In this document: piece after piece, positions 28,886 through 39,439 of the stretch
How positions within the stretch are numbered: the first letter of the stretch is position 1
Layout of the letters: the number at the start of each line of letters is the position of its first letter
Assembly (NCBI GenBank): GCA_963842085.1
Contig: CAWJET010000001.1
Coordinates: 1,248,001-1,312,000, forward strand
Length of the DNA stretch: 64,000 bases
Reading direction: 5' to 3'
From: an uncultured delta proteobacterium
GTDB lineage: Bacteria; Desulfobacterota; Binatia; Binatales; Binataceae
Position numbers and translations under genes: made by a program
Notes under the pieces: generated by a model
What the model was told of the DNA's origin: nothing
Databases searched by the model: none
The model's input: the letters and a program-made list of their open reading frames with translations, nothing else

Positions 28886-29980
28886 TGTGCTTCGTCAAAA
28901 CGTCATCCGCGTGACGAAGCTCGGCGAGTGTGATAGTCGAACGCGCAATGTTTGGTTTGCTGACTCGGGTTTTGCGCACGCTGCTGTCGGTGCTTGCTGC
29001 TCGCGGCTCGCGTGAGGCCGAGATCCTCGTCCTGCGCCAGCAGCTATTGGTTCTGAGCCGCAAGGCGCCAAAGCGCGCCCGACTGCGAAACATCGATCGC
29101 CTGATTCTCGTCTGGCTGTCTCGGCTCTTCCCGTCGGTGTTGGATGCCATAGTCATCGTCAAGCCTGAGACTGTGCTGGGCTGGCATCGACGCGGGTTCC
29201 GCGCCTACTGGCGCTGGAAGTCCTGGCGGCGTGGCGGACGGCCCCGGATCGATCGCGAGCTCCGCGAGTTGATCCTCCGTATGAGCAGAGAAAATCCGCT
29301 CTGGGGCGCGCCCCGGATCCATGGCGAACTGCTGATGCTCGGGATCGACGTCAGCGAATCAACCGTTGGACGATACATGGTCAGGACGCGGCGACCGCGC
29401 TCGCAGGGTTGGAAGACCTTCCTGCGCAACCAGGCCGCCGGGATCGCCTCCATCGATCTATTCGTAGTCAGAACCATCTCGTTCAAGCTGCTCTACGGAC
29501 TAGTGATCCTCCACCACGCCCGAAGGCGGCTGGCGAGGATCGCCGTGACCACTAATCCGACCGCAGAATGGATCGCAGGCCAGGTGACCGAAGCCTTTCC
29601 CTGGAGCGAAGCGCCGCGTCATCTGATCCGTGACCGCGACCGTGCGTTCGGATCGGCGTACACCCGGCGGGTTCATGCGATGGGTATCCGCGATCATCCA
29701 ACTGCGGCACGCTCGCCCTGGCAGAACGGACACGTCGAGCGGCTCATTGGCTCGGTTCGGCGCGAATGCCTCGACCACGTCTTGGTGTTCGGCGAAGCGG
29801 ATCTGCGTCGCGTCCTCAAAACCTACGCCGGCTACTACAACAAGGTCCGAACCCACTTGTCGTTAGACAAAGACGCGCCCCACTGCCGACGCACACAGAC
29901 CGTCGGTGCCATCGTCGCAGTGCCGGTTCTCAAGGGACTCCATCATCAATACGTTCGAGTTTGAATTTTGATTATGGACA
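28886..29980 (+). mobile_element. Insertion sequence with TGT...ACA ends (IS481-like, rve/DDE)
   Basis: Imperfect TIR TGTGCTTCGTCAAAA / TTTTGATTATGGACA around the transposase; no clear TSD. Confidence 0.6.
28948..29964 (+). CDS. Integrase-core-domain transposase
   Basis: ENPLWGAPRIHGEL, DLF, LIRDRD, SPWQNGHVERLIGSVRRECLDH. Confidence 0.9.
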   Translation: MFGLLTRVLRTLLSVLAARGSREAEILVLRQQLLVLSRKAPKRARLRNIDRLILVWLSRLFPSVLDAIVIVKPETVLGWHRRGFRAYWRWKSWRRGGRPRIDRELRELILRMSRENPLWGAPRIHGELLMLGIDVSESTVGRYMVRTRRPRSQGWKTFLRNQAAGIASIDLFVVRTISFKLLYGLVILHHARRRLARIAVTTNPTAEWIAGQVTEAFPWSEAPRHLIRDRDRAFGSAYTRRVHAMGIRDHPTAARSPWQNGHVERLIGSVRRECLDHVLVFGEADLRRVLKTYAGYYNKVRTHLSLDKDAPHCRRTQTVGAIVAVPVLKGLHHQYVRV

Positions 29981-29984
29981 GGCC

Positions 29985-30239
29985 ACCGAGACACATGATC
30001 ACGTAGAGCATGATCATCGCCCCGAGCGTGCTCTTGCCAGATTTTTTGGGCGCCGAAAAGATCAGTTCGGAATACAGCAGCCGGCCATCCGCGGTCAGCC
30101 TCAGCGCTTTCGACAGGAAACGTCGTTGCGCGCGGTTTAGTTCGAACGGCTGGTTGGTCTCAGGGTTGCGCAGAACTTAGCCAATGAACGCGATCGGATC
30201 GTGGCGCCAGCGCGCGATGTCATTCGGGCTTATCGCCAC
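29985..30239 (-). pseudogene. Terminase large subunit N-terminal remnant
   Basis: RHDPIAFIG*VLRNPET..QRRFL..ELIFSAPKKSGKSTL (Walker A); internal TAA at 30177-30179; truncated at the IS. Confidence 0.7.
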
Positions 30240-30663
30240 TGACGACCTCCTCGTCCTTCCCGGCCTGCACTATGGCAAGCGCGAGATCGAACTGCGCGCG
30301 CGTTCCCGACGCCCGGATCGCCATCCTCGATGCCGGTGTCAGGCCCAGTTCACGTTCGTAAGCGAGTTGCGCTTGGCGGAGCTGTCGCAATTCGGTGAGA
30401 AGGCGCCGTGGTTCGCCTTCAGAGTTCGTCACCCCGTTGACGACCAGTTCGGCAAATATGCTCGCACCAAGAATTTCAAACTCAGCCCACGCACGCGCGG
30501 CCGGAATGTCGCTCGGTTCGAGCCATGGCAGCACGCGTCGCATCTTCTCGACCAGCCGTCGCACGCGTCGATGGCGAAGTCTGAGACCGCTAGCCGCTTT
30601 CAAATACAGTCCGGTTCGCGCGCGTCGTACGCCCGAAGCCAGTCTTTCGTCTTGAGCATCCAT
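30220..30663 (-). CDS. Terminase small subunit-like protein (P27 family)
   Basis: ELGLTPASR motif; overlaps the start of the terL remnant. Confidence 0.65.
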   Translation of the reverse strand: MDAQDERLASGVRRARTGLYLKAASGLRLRHRRVRRLVEKMRRVLPWLEPSDIPAARAWAEFEILGASIFAELVVNGVTNSEGEPRRLLTELRQLRQAQLAYERELGLTPASRMAIRASGTRAQFDLALAIVQAGKDEEVVSGDKPE

Positions 30664-30740
30664 AGGAACCTCTACTCTTCAACTTAGGGGAAAATTTCCC
30701 TGATGCTCTTCGTGAGACAAATCGTGCGACACGCTAAAAT

Positions 30741-31598
30741 ATGAAACGTATGCGACCGATTCAGATCTGGCTTCCGACTCTTGGGCCGAGTCCGAATCTG
30801 AGCGAAGTGGCTCGCGACCGCGACCGCGCGTTCCGGGCTTGGGAAGGCGAGTCGAGCGTTTGGCTGATGCCCGACCTAAACAGGCAGACCCGCTGGGACA
30901 AGGACGGAATCCGAGACTTGGCCATCCCTGCCGAGCGTTTCGATCACTTGGAAGTGTTTCATGTCAGTGAAAAAGGCCAAGTCTCTGGGCCCTCGGTTAA
31001 CGACTATTTCCCGGGAGGGCGGCTAGATGGCTTGCTCCAGGCCTGGCTTAACGTGTGGAAGCTCGGCGGCGTCGCCCTCCATCCCGTGCCAAATCACTTC
31101 GAAATGGAAGTTCCGGAGATCACTTCCAATGGCGTTCGATATCGCAAGAGGAAGATCACTTTAGAGGGCGCACCCTCATTCCCCCTCCACCCTCCAGAAC
31201 CCAATTCGGAAACCTCGGAGCTTCGATGGCCTCCAAGAGGTTGCCCGCCTACGGTTTCTCCGGACGCTGAAATCATGACTCGCCGGTCGCATACCGGCAC
31301 CCACGCCGATGACAAACGCTTGACTCTAGAGTCCGGTGGCATGCTGATGCAATTTCTCCTTAACTGGCCCAAACCCCTCGATAACTTCCTGCCGATCTTG
31401 AGCGGTTTGGACGACCTGTCCTGCCAAGCCATCATGTCGGACATTGCACGAGATAGCCGGCGCGAACAGGAGAGATCGATCATCAAAGTCCGGGAGCTCT
31501 GCTTGCCGACGAGAATTGGCGGAAGGAACTGGCGCGCCCAGTTTCACGGGTATTTGACCGGCAAGGCCAGGCGCAATCGGTTGGACTCGTTTGGCTGA
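30741..31598 (+). CDS. Hypothetical protein
   Basis: 285-aa ORF with ATG start; no family recognised. Confidence 0.55.
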   Translation: MKRMRPIQIWLPTLGPSPNLSEVARDRDRAFRAWEGESSVWLMPDLNRQTRWDKDGIRDLAIPAERFDHLEVFHVSEKGQVSGPSVNDYFPGGRLDGLLQAWLNVWKLGGVALHPVPNHFEMEVPEITSNGVRYRKRKITLEGAPSFPLHPPEPNSETSELRWPPRGCPPTVSPDAEIMTRRSHTGTHADDKRLTLESGGMLMQFLLNWPKPLDNFLPILSGLDDLSCQAIMSDIARDSRREQERSIIKVRELCLPTRIGGRNWRAQFHGYLTGKARRNRLDSFG

Positions 31599-31811
31599 TG
31601 GCAGTCTTGGTGGCAGTTGTGGTCGGAGAACCTGAAATTAGGAACTAGAAGCGATACCCTGTCGGTACCGAAAACCGGTCTTCTCTTTTAACCAGCCAAA
31701 CTCGCCGGCAAACTTTAGGTTGTTCGCGCGGTCTCGCCGCTGCCCGAAGTGAATGATGTTCCGCCTCTTGGCAATCGATGTTGTGACGGCGCGAGCCCGC
31801 CGCAACGCATT

Positions 31812-31854
31812 CTTACAAGCCGGGGGCGCAGGTTCGAAACCCTGCACCACCCAC
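31812..31854 (+). repeat. att remnant: 3' half of tRNA-Val(TAC)
   Basis: CTTACAA anticodon loop, GCAGG-TTCGAAA-CCCTGC T-arm, ACCACCCAC acceptor. Confidence 0.75.
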
Positions 31855-32039
31855 AGTAGAGTCAGGCGCTTACGAGATTCGGCTCGCTCCCCTCAGTCGT
31901 CTGGTGCTGGTTGGAAATGCGCGACTATCCCCAAAAACATCACAGCTACGGTTCGCGGTTTCGCCCGAATCTACCCTGCTCAAAATGAAGGCTTGCCGAG
32001 AACCGTTCATTTTGGAAACCGCCCACACACGGTACCTAG

Positions 32040-32158
32040 CAGGTTGCGGAAAAAGGGTTTTTGACTCCTGATGACATTGATCCAAGACGCATTCTCGTGA
32101 TCGTAGTAATGCTTACTCTTCGCCGAAATCGTCTTTCATTGAGTTTTTCCGCAACCTG
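32040..32158. mobile_element. 119-bp IS5-related MITE, copy 1
   Basis: TIR CAGGTTGCGGAAAAA; flanked by CTAG; identical to 40488-40606. Confidence 0.9.
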
Positions 32159-32180
32159 CTAGCACCTGCTGAACGAGGCG

Positions 32181-33515
32181 TCATTCAATATGGTATCGCT
32201 TTCTCTTGCGCCAGAGCGTTGGGATGCTTATGCCGAGGGTGGCGGCGGCATCTTCGAGCGTCGGAGCAACCGCCAGCACTCGCTTGATGTGTTCTTCCTC
32301 CAGCTCCTCGAGGCTTGAATCGGCTGATAGCTGGATCGGGCGCTGAGTGCTCGGCACAAAGAGCACGTCCGAGAGATCTTCCTTGCGTATGACCGTGCCC
32401 CGGCTCAGAACGACCGCACGTTCCACCACGTTGCGAAGCTCTCTGATGTTCCCCGGCCACGGATATGGAATCAGGGCCTTCCTGGCCTCATCTGAGAACC
32501 GGAGATCAGGGCGGCGATTTCGCGCAGCCGCCTCGGACAACAGCTTCTCGGCCAGTGGCAGAATATCCTCAGGGTGCTCGCGTAGTGCGGGTACTCGGAG
32601 GCTGATCACGTTGAGCCGGTAATACAAGTCTGCTCGGAACCGGCTGGCTGCGATCTCCTGTTGCAGGTCGCGATTAGTGGCAGCGATGACGCGCGCGTCG
32701 ACCGAAATGGTCTCTTGCCCACCAATCCTTTCGAAGCATCCGTCCTGCAGGAAACGAAGAAATTTCGTCTGAAGAGATAGCGACAGCTCCGCGATCTCGT
32801 CAAGAAACAGCGTGCCCTGATTCGCCGCTTCGAGCCGGCCCGGTTTGTCCTTAATCGCGCCCGTAAAGGACCCCTTCATATGGCCGAACAGTTCGCTTTC
32901 CAGCAGATGCTCTGAAAGGGTGGTGCAATTCACCGTTACGAAAGGATGCTCGTGTCGCGGGCTCCACTCATGTATCTGGCGCGCGAGCACATTCTTGCCG
33001 GTACCGCTCTCGCCGGTGAGCAGAATACTCGCCTCGCTGCCGGCCGCCGTGAACGCGACTTCGATCAGCTCGCGAAACCGAGTGTCGGCGGAGGCCAGCA
33101 ACGGAACGCCGTCGATCGAGTCGCGCAGTGCACGATTTTGAGAGCGCAAATTCTGGACCTCGAGAGCGCGCTCAACCGCGTGCTGAACCTGATCAAGGGA
33201 AAACGGCTTGATGAAATAATCATATGCACCCGCCTTCATGGCCGCGACTGCGTTGTCGATCGTGCCGTAAGCGGTCATGAGAATCACAATTGTTCCGGGA
33301 AACTTCGCCTTGATGCTTTTGAGCAGCTCCAAACCATTCATCTCGGCCATCCGCCAATCGCTCAAGACCAGGTCGAAGTCCCCGCACTTCGACATAACAT
33401 CCAGCGCCTGGCGCCCGCTGTCCGCGGTGGCAACCTGGTAATTGCAAGACTCGAGGAACTTGGCGAGTGTCTGCCGAATGTTCCTTTCGTCATCTACGAT
33501 CAGCAGTTTAGGCAT
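32181..33515 (-). CDS. NtrC/AtoC-family sigma54-dependent response regulator
   Basis: Receiver (VDDE, LSDWRM), GESGTGK, ESELFGHMKGSFTGA, FLDEI, Fis HTH. Confidence 0.93.
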   Translation of the reverse strand: MPKLLIVDDERNIRQTLAKFLESCNYQVATADSGRQALDVMSKCGDFDLVLSDWRMAEMNGLELLKSIKAKFPGTIVILMTAYGTIDNAVAAMKAGAYDYFIKPFSLDQVQHAVERALEVQNLRSQNRALRDSIDGVPLLASADTRFRELIEVAFTAAGSEASILLTGESGTGKNVLARQIHEWSPRHEHPFVTVNCTTLSEHLLESELFGHMKGSFTGAIKDKPGRLEAANQGTLFLDEIAELSLSLQTKFLRFLQDGCFERIGGQETISVDARVIAATNRDLQQEIAASRFRADLYYRLNVISLRVPALREHPEDILPLAEKLLSEAAARNRRPDLRFSDEARKALIPYPWPGNIRELRNVVERAVVLSRGTVIRKEDLSDVLFVPSTQRPIQLSADSSLEELEEEHIKRVLAVAPTLEDAAATLGISIPTLWRKRKRYHIE

Positions 33516-34585
33516 CAGGACTCCAGGGAAAGCGGCAGCGTCAACGCTACTCTGCCGCCGTCTTGAAACGTTTCCGCGAACAATCTGCCGCCGTGCGCCT
33601 CGACGATCTCCCTCGCGATCGCGAGGCTGACTCCGCCTTCGGGGTTGTCCAAGACTGCGCCGGCCTGAGGCGTATTCTCGAAGATCAGTTCTCGAACACG
33701 AGGCGGAATTCCCGGGCCGCTGTCCCAGACAGATACTCTGACCTGTCTGTCTTCCTGCTCCGCAGTCAAATCGATCCTTCCCATCTCAGGAGTATAGCGC
33801 AGCGCATTGCCGACAAGAGTAGCTATCACCCACGACAGCTTCAGCGGATCGCCTGTGACTGCCGGAATCTTTTCGGCGCGCACCGCGAATTGGATTTTCC
33901 GACGCTCAAACCGGCCTTCAAATTTTCTGCAAACGAAGTCGAACAGAGTCCTGAGTTCGAAATCCATATTCTCAAGCGCGATCGATCCTGGTCGCCCGCG
34001 CACAAAATTAAGAAAGTCAGCAGATGCATGGTTGAGCCGATCAACATCTTCGATGATCTCACGGATCAGTTCGTTCTGCTCCTCTCTGCCGCGTTGCAGT
34101 AGTCCCGCTGCCAGAGACAGGGATGTCAGCGGAGTATTGAGCCGCTGGGCAACGGCCGCGACAGCGGTATCGTGAGCCCTGCTTCTTTCGCGACGTAGGG
34201 AAATATCATGAAGGACGACCAACGTACCAAGAGAATTGCCGCTCCCGTGGCGCAGCGGGGCAGCCTTCAGAAGATATTCATGATCGCGGCCTTGCACTGT
34301 CAGACTAACTTCCGCCTGCTGCTCGCCGGGTGGAAAGCTCCTGGCGCTTTCGAGCGCCGCTCGAACGAGCGGGAAACTGGCGCAGTGATGTTCGATGTCG
34401 TGATTGAATTGATGACCGATGACTCGATCGCGATCGATGGCCAGGATCTCAGCAGCCGCCCGATTCATGTGGACGACGGTCCCGGCCTGATCGAGGACGA
34501 ACGCAGGTTCGTCAAGACTATCGACTATCGCCGCGGCCCGATCGTCTTCAGTGGAAGATCCTCGCCGTACCGTCTGCGCGGCCAT
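33515..34585 (-). CDS. Soluble PAS-HisKA-HATPase protein lacking the phosphoacceptor His
   Basis: PAS; H-box AQRLNTPLTS (usually SHELRTPLTS); NALRYT, DSGPGIP. Confidence 0.8.
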   Translation of the reverse strand: MAAQTVRRGSSTEDDRAAAIVDSLDEPAFVLDQAGTVVHMNRAAAEILAIDRDRVIGHQFNHDIEHHCASFPLVRAALESARSFPPGEQQAEVSLTVQGRDHEYLLKAAPLRHGSGNSLGTLVVLHDISLRRERSRAHDTAVAAVAQRLNTPLTSLSLAAGLLQRGREEQNELIREIIEDVDRLNHASADFLNFVRGRPGSIALENMDFELRTLFDFVCRKFEGRFERRKIQFAVRAEKIPAVTGDPLKLSWVIATLVGNALRYTPEMGRIDLTAEQEDRQVRVSVWDSGPGIPPRVRELIFENTPQAGAVLDNPEGGVSLAIAREIVEAHGGRLFAETFQDGGRVALTLPLSLES

Positions 34586-34594
34586 CCAAGTGAT

Positions 34595-35191
34595 CTACTT
34601 CGTCATGGCGGTCGGTTGATTGCCGGTGGTTGCGTCGAGCGCGAGATTGAGTTCCAGGACGTTCACGCCGGGCTCGCCCAGAAACCCAGCCCATCGCGGC
34701 TGCGTGTTGGCGTTGACGAGGGCACGCACAGTATCCGCGCTGATGCCACGAACCTTGGCCACCCGTTCAATTTGAATCTCGGCGGCAGCGGGGCTGATCT
34801 GCGGGTCAAGGCCGCTGCCGGAGGCTGTTACCATATCCACCGGGACCTGCGACGCCGAAACACTATCTTCCTCCACAACGGCCTTGGTCCGCTGCTTGAC
34901 GGAATCGATAAAGCTCTTGTTGGTCGGGCCAAGGTTAGAACCGCCTGAGCTGGTCGGATCATAGCCGTTGTTTCCCGCGGCAGAAGGGCGGGGATGAAAG
35001 TAGCGAGCGGCTTTGAAGTTCTGGGCTATCAGCGCGGATCCTACGGGCGATCCGTTCCGATAGATCAGGCTGCCGCCAGCCTGGTCGGGAAATAATACGT
35101 GACCGACCTCAAGCATCGCGATTGGATACACTATCCCAGTCAAAAGGGTCAGGACGACCGTCATCTTGATAGCAACCATCAGAGAACGCAT
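34595..35191 (-). CDS. kdpC: K+-transporting ATPase subunit C
   Basis: YFHPRPSA, SGGSNLGP, TASGSGLDP, VNVLELN. Confidence 0.95.
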   Translation of the reverse strand: MRSLMVAIKMTVVLTLLTGIVYPIAMLEVGHVLFPDQAGGSLIYRNGSPVGSALIAQNFKAARYFHPRPSAAGNNGYDPTSSGGSNLGPTNKSFIDSVKQRTKAVVEEDSVSASQVPVDMVTASGSGLDPQISPAAAEIQIERVAKVRGISADTVRALVNANTQPRWAGFLGEPGVNVLELNLALDATTGNQPTAMTK

Positions 35192-35203
35192 TCGAATTCT
35201 CCT

Positions 35204-37252
35204 CTAAGCCAAATGAATCGTGGTGATCAGCAGGTCAATCGCCTTGATGCCAATGAAAGGCGCGATGATGCCGCCAAGCCCATAGATGAGCAGATTGCGA
35301 GCGAGTATTCCGGCCGCTCCGACTGGACGATACTGCACGCCGCGTAGAGCGAGCGGGATCAAGGCGATGATGATCAAGGCGTTGAAGATGACCGCTGACA
35401 GAATCGCGCTCTCGGGCGTCGCGAGATGCATGATGTTGAGCGCCTGCAGCTCAGGATAAGCCAGCAGGAACATCGCGGGAATAATCGCGAAGTACTTCGC
35501 GACGTCATTTGCCACTGAAAAGGTAGTCAGCGCGCCGCGCGTAATCAGCAACTGCTTTCCAATCTCGACCACTTCCATGATCTTGGTCGGGTTGGAATCA
35601 AGATCGACCATGTTTCCGGCTTCGCGCGCTGCCTGAGTGCCAGCGTTCATTGCGATTCCCACGTCCGCCTGCGCCAAGGCCGGCGCGTCGTTGGTGCCAT
35701 CGCCGATCATCGCCACCAGCTTGCCTTGGGCCTGCTCGTCGCGAATCAGGCGCAGTTTAGTCTCAGGAGTGGCCTCAGCTCGAAAATCATCGACGCCAGC
35801 TTCAAAAGCAATGGCGGATGCGGTCAGGGGATTGTCGCCGGTTATCATCACGGTGCGTAGTCCCATGGCCCGCAGTCTCGCGAAGCGTTCCTTGATACCT
35901 TCCTTTATGACGTCCTTGAGGTGGATAACTCCGAGAATGTGATTGTTCTCCGCGACCACGAGCGGGGTGCCACCGCTCTTTGAGATTCGTTCCACTATCC
36001 CGTCGAGTTCCTGTGGAATGCTGCCACCCGCATCGCGAGCAAACTTAATCACGCGATCCGAAGCACCTTTACGGATTTTGCGTCCTGGCATGTCGACGCC
36101 GCTCATCCGCGTCTGCGCCGAAAATGCAATGAACTCGGTATCCTTTTCCTCCAGTTCGCGTCCGCGGATGTTGAATTCCCGCTTGGCGAGAACCACGATC
36201 GATCGTCCTTCGGGGGTTTCATCCGCGAGCGACGCAAGCTGGGCAGCATCGGCCAACTGTTCGACCCGCACGTCGAGTACGGGGATGAACTCAACCGCCA
36301 TTCGGTTGCCGAGCGTGATGGTCCCGGTCTTGTCGAGTAGAAGCGTATCGACGTCCCCTGCTGCTTCCACCGCGCGTCCGGACATTGCCAGCACGTTGTG
36401 CTGCACCAAGCGGTCCATTCCGGCGATACCTATCGCGGATAATAGTCCCCCGATTGTCGTCGGGATAAGGCAGACCAGCAGGGCAACCAGCACGGGTAAC
36501 GTTAACGATGCGTTGCCGTAAAGACCGAATGGGTAGAGGCTCACGCAGACCAGCATGAACACGAGGGTCAGACCCGACAGTAATATGCTCAGGGCGATCT
36601 CATTCGGCGTTTTCTGGCGTGCCGCGCCTTCAACCAGGGCAATCATTCGATCAAGGAAGGTCTCGCCTGGATTGGCGGTGATCCGCACCTTGATCCAGTC
36701 GGAAATAACAGTAGTGCCGCCAGTTACGGCGCTGCGATCGCCGCCGCTCTCGCGAATCACTGGCGCCGACTCGCCGGTAATAGCAGCCTCGTTGACCGCC
36801 GCCATCCCTTCGATCACCTCGCCATCACCAGGGATCGATTCACCAGCGCGTACTATGACTACATCGCCACGGCGTAGTGAAGTCGCCTGTACAGTTTCCT
36901 CCTTGCCATCGCGCAGCACCGCAGCGTGCATTTCGATCCGAGTCTTACGCAGGTTGTCGGCTTGCGCCTTCCCGCGTCCTTCAGCCATTGCCTCGGCGAA
37001 GTTGGCAAAGAGGACCGTGAACCACAGCCATATCGCAATCTGTAGCTCGAATCCGATAAGTCCGGCCTTACCTGTAAACAAATCGCGGAAGATGATTATC
37101 GTCACCGCCACTGCGGTAACTTCCACCACAAACATCACCGGGTTACGGGCCTGGATGCGCGGATCGAGCTTGCCGAGCGATTCGAACGCAGCGCGTTTCA
37201 CAATCTCCGGCTGCCACAGGGGCGTTACCTTACGTTCAGTCGTATTAGCCAC
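35204..37252 (-). CDS. kdpB: K+-transporting ATPase subunit B
   Basis: [30 protein letters not shown]. Confidence 0.97.
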   Translation of the reverse strand: MANTTERKVTPLWQPEIVKRAAFESLGKLDPRIQARNPVMFVVEVTAVAVTIIIFRDLFTGKAGLIGFELQIAIWLWFTVLFANFAEAMAEGRGKAQADNLRKTRIEMHAAVLRDGKEETVQATSLRRGDVVIVRAGESIPGDGEVIEGMAAVNEAAITGESAPVIRESGGDRSAVTGGTTVISDWIKVRITANPGETFLDRMIALVEGAARQKTPNEIALSILLSGLTLVFMLVCVSLYPFGLYGNASLTLPVLVALLVCLIPTTIGGLLSAIGIAGMDRLVQHNVLAMSGRAVEAAGDVDTLLLDKTGTITLGNRMAVEFIPVLDVRVEQLADAAQLASLADETPEGRSIVVLAKREFNIRGRELEEKDTEFIAFSAQTRMSGVDMPGRKIRKGASDRVIKFARDAGGSIPQELDGIVERISKSGGTPLVVAENNHILGVIHLKDVIKEGIKERFARLRAMGLRTVMITGDNPLTASAIAFEAGVDDFRAEATPETKLRLIRDEQAQGKLVAMIGDGTNDAPALAQADVGIAMNAGTQAAREAGNMVDLDSNPTKIMEVVEIGKQLLITRGALTTFSVANDVAKYFAIIPAMFLLAYPELQALNIMHLATPESAILSAVIFNALIIIALIPLALRGVQYRPVGAAGILARNLLIYGLGGIIAPFIGIKAIDLLITTIHLA

Positions 37253-37267
37253 TTTCGTTCAGCCTCG

Positions 37268-38995
37268 TTAGTAAAGTTTTCCGCTCATCATCGCCAGATG
37301 TTCAACAATCGGACCCAGCGACCAACTGGCGAAAAAGGTTAGAGCGCCGACGATGAGCACTACCGCGGCGAGGAGGATTACAAACAGACCACCGTTAGTC
37401 GGGAAGGTGCCTGCGCTCACCGGTACGGCCTTCTTCTCGACCACAGAACCAGCGATCGCCAGCACCGGGATCATGGTGCCGAAGCGCCCAAACAACATCA
37501 CCGTTCCTAGGATGACGTTGTAAAACATGGTGTTAGCGTTCAACCCAGCAAACGCCGAACCGTTGTTAGCAGCGGCTGACGAGAACGCGTAAAGAATCTC
37601 GCTAAAGCCGTGCGGTCCCGCATTAGCTATTGAAGAAAGCGCACCCTTATTAACTACAGCAGCTGCCGTTGGAAGCAGTATCACTGCCGCGAAGATCAGG
37701 ATGTACAGCATCGCCAATTTCATCTCGCGTGCCTGTATCTTCTTGCCCAGGTACTCCGGCGTGCGCCCTACCATCAGCCCCGCGATGAACACCGTCAGGA
37801 TCGCCATTACGATCATTCCCGCGAGTCCGGTACCTACACCGCCGAACACCACTTCGCCGAGGTGCAGATTGAAGATCGGAACCAGGCCGCCTATTGGAGT
37901 GAAGCTGTCGTGCATCGAATTGACGGACCCATTGGACGCGTCGGTAGTAGCAGTGGCCCACATCGCGGAGTTGACGATCCCGAAGCGCACCTCCTTGCCT
38001 TCCATGTTGCCGCCGCTCTGCTGAGCAGATGCGGTTTGGTTGATTCCGATGGAAGCGAACTGCGGGTTGCCGCGCTGTTCAGCCCGCGTGCATACAACTA
38101 CGGCGCCCAGAAAGAGCAGACCCATCGTTGCGTAGAGTGCCCATCCTTGGCGTTTGTCCCCGACCATCTTGCCAAACGTATGGGGCAACGCGGCGCCAAG
38201 GATAAAGATCGCAAACAGCTCAAGAAAATTAGTAAGCGGTGTTGGATTCTCGAACGGATGAGCTGAGTTGGCGTTGAAGAAGCCGCCGCCATTGGTGCCC
38301 AGCTGCTTGATCGCAATCTGCGATGCTACCGGACCTTGGGCGATACTCTGTGCGGCTCCTTCGACTGTCTTTACGCTAGTGTAGGCGCTGAAGTTATCGG
38401 GCACGCCCTGCCATATCAGAACCAGAGTGAAAACTATGCAGATCGGAATCAGGATCCACAGCGTCGCGCGGACCAGGTCGTACCAGAAGTTTCCAATGGT
38501 ACGGATGCCGTGTCGAGCAAAACCCCGGATGACGGCGATCGCGATCGCCAAACCCGCTGCCGCCGATACGAAGTTGTGGAACGCGAGGCCCGCCATCTGA
38601 GTCAGATAACTCATGGTGGATTCGCCTGAGTAAGCCTGCCAGTTGGTATTGGTCGTGAAGCTTGCCGCGGTATTGAATGCGAGCCCGGGTTCGACCCCGG
38701 CAAATCCCTGCGGATTCAGCGGCAGGAAATACTGCAAGCGTTCCAGCGCGTATAAGACTATCATCCCGACGAAACTGAACAGCAGCACCGAGATCGTATA
38801 TTCGACCCAGGTCTGCTCCGTTGCCGGCTTGACCCCGCACAGCCGATAAATCAGACGCTCGACTGGCGTAAGGACCGGATCCAGAAACGTGCGCTCGCCT
38901 GCAAAAACGCGCGCCATGTAAAGCCCGAGCGGCACGCTAATGATGGTGAGAACCACCGAGTAGAAACCGATTTGAATTAAAGCGTTACTAAACAC
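37268..38995 (-). CDS. kdpA: K+-transporting ATPase subunit A
   Basis: TNTNWQ, TNGGG, SNGS and NNGSAF filter motifs. Confidence 0.97.
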   Translation of the reverse strand: MFSNALIQIGFYSVVLTIISVPLGLYMARVFAGERTFLDPVLTPVERLIYRLCGVKPATEQTWVEYTISVLLFSFVGMIVLYALERLQYFLPLNPQGFAGVEPGLAFNTAASFTTNTNWQAYSGESTMSYLTQMAGLAFHNFVSAAAGLAIAIAVIRGFARHGIRTIGNFWYDLVRATLWILIPICIVFTLVLIWQGVPDNFSAYTSVKTVEGAAQSIAQGPVASQIAIKQLGTNGGGFFNANSAHPFENPTPLTNFLELFAIFILGAALPHTFGKMVGDKRQGWALYATMGLLFLGAVVVCTRAEQRGNPQFASIGINQTASAQQSGGNMEGKEVRFGIVNSAMWATATTDASNGSVNSMHDSFTPIGGLVPIFNLHLGEVVFGGVGTGLAGMIVMAILTVFIAGLMVGRTPEYLGKKIQAREMKLAMLYILIFAAVILLPTAAAVVNKGALSSIANAGPHGFSEILYAFSSAAANNGSAFAGLNANTMFYNVILGTVMLFGRFGTMIPVLAIAGSVVEKKAVPVSAGTFPTNGGLFVILLAAVVLIVGALTFFASWSLGPIVEHLAMMSGKLY

Positions 38996-39011
38996 TTTTG
39001 TCTTCTCGCCT

Positions 39012-39104
39012 TTAGAATTTTTCCGGCCGCAACAACGCGTAGACCAAGTACACAGTCAGGCCGACAGCCATTATCGAACCCATTGCTATTTCCCAAGGCG
39101 TCAT
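39012..39104 (-). CDS. kdpF: KdpF subunit (30 aa)
   Basis: ...VYLVYALLRPEKF* immediately upstream of kdpA. Confidence 0.9.
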   Translation of the reverse strand: MTPWEIAMGSIMAVGLTVYLVYALLRPEKF

Positions 39105-39184
39105 AGTTTTTCGCACCCCCATACGTATGCGACCGCAACTAGAAAGAACGCCACCGTTCCGATGAGGAAAATTGTATCGAGCAT
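39101..39184 (-). CDS. 27-aa membrane peptide upstream of kdpF
   Basis: MLDTIFLIGTVAFFLVAVAYVWGCEKL*; ATGA-coupled to kdpF. Confidence 0.7.
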   Translation of the reverse strand: MLDTIFLIGTVAFFLVAVAYVWGCEKL

Positions 39185-39208
39185 AGTTAGTCTCGAGAGG
39201 AAGGCAGC

Positions 39209-39290
39209 AGCATAAAGCGTGCCTCCGGATCTTCCATGCGAATGTGGATTTTTTCGTCAGTCGCCAACGGGCAGGGATTTCAAAATGATA
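39209..39290 (-). promoter_or_regulatory. Sigma54 promoter and enhancer of kdp operon 1
   Basis: AGGCACGCTTTATGCT (39224-39209); TTTCAAAATGATA at 39278. Confidence 0.65.
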
Positions 39291-39439
39291 TGTGACACTG
39301 CGAATCGAAACAGGGAGCCAGCGTCGAAGAGCCGCATTAGCAGTTTCCGGGATGGAGCGATCGGATACAAAAAGCTTGCGGGATCCGCATAGTCGCGACC
39401 CCGCAAACTTTTACTTAAAGAGAGAGAAAACCGGACTGC

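Noticed and set aside
31978-32017. Additional enhancer sites (CTCAAAATGAAG, GTTCATTTTGGAA)
   Set aside because: Multiple mismatches and no associated -24/-12 element or downstream gene found
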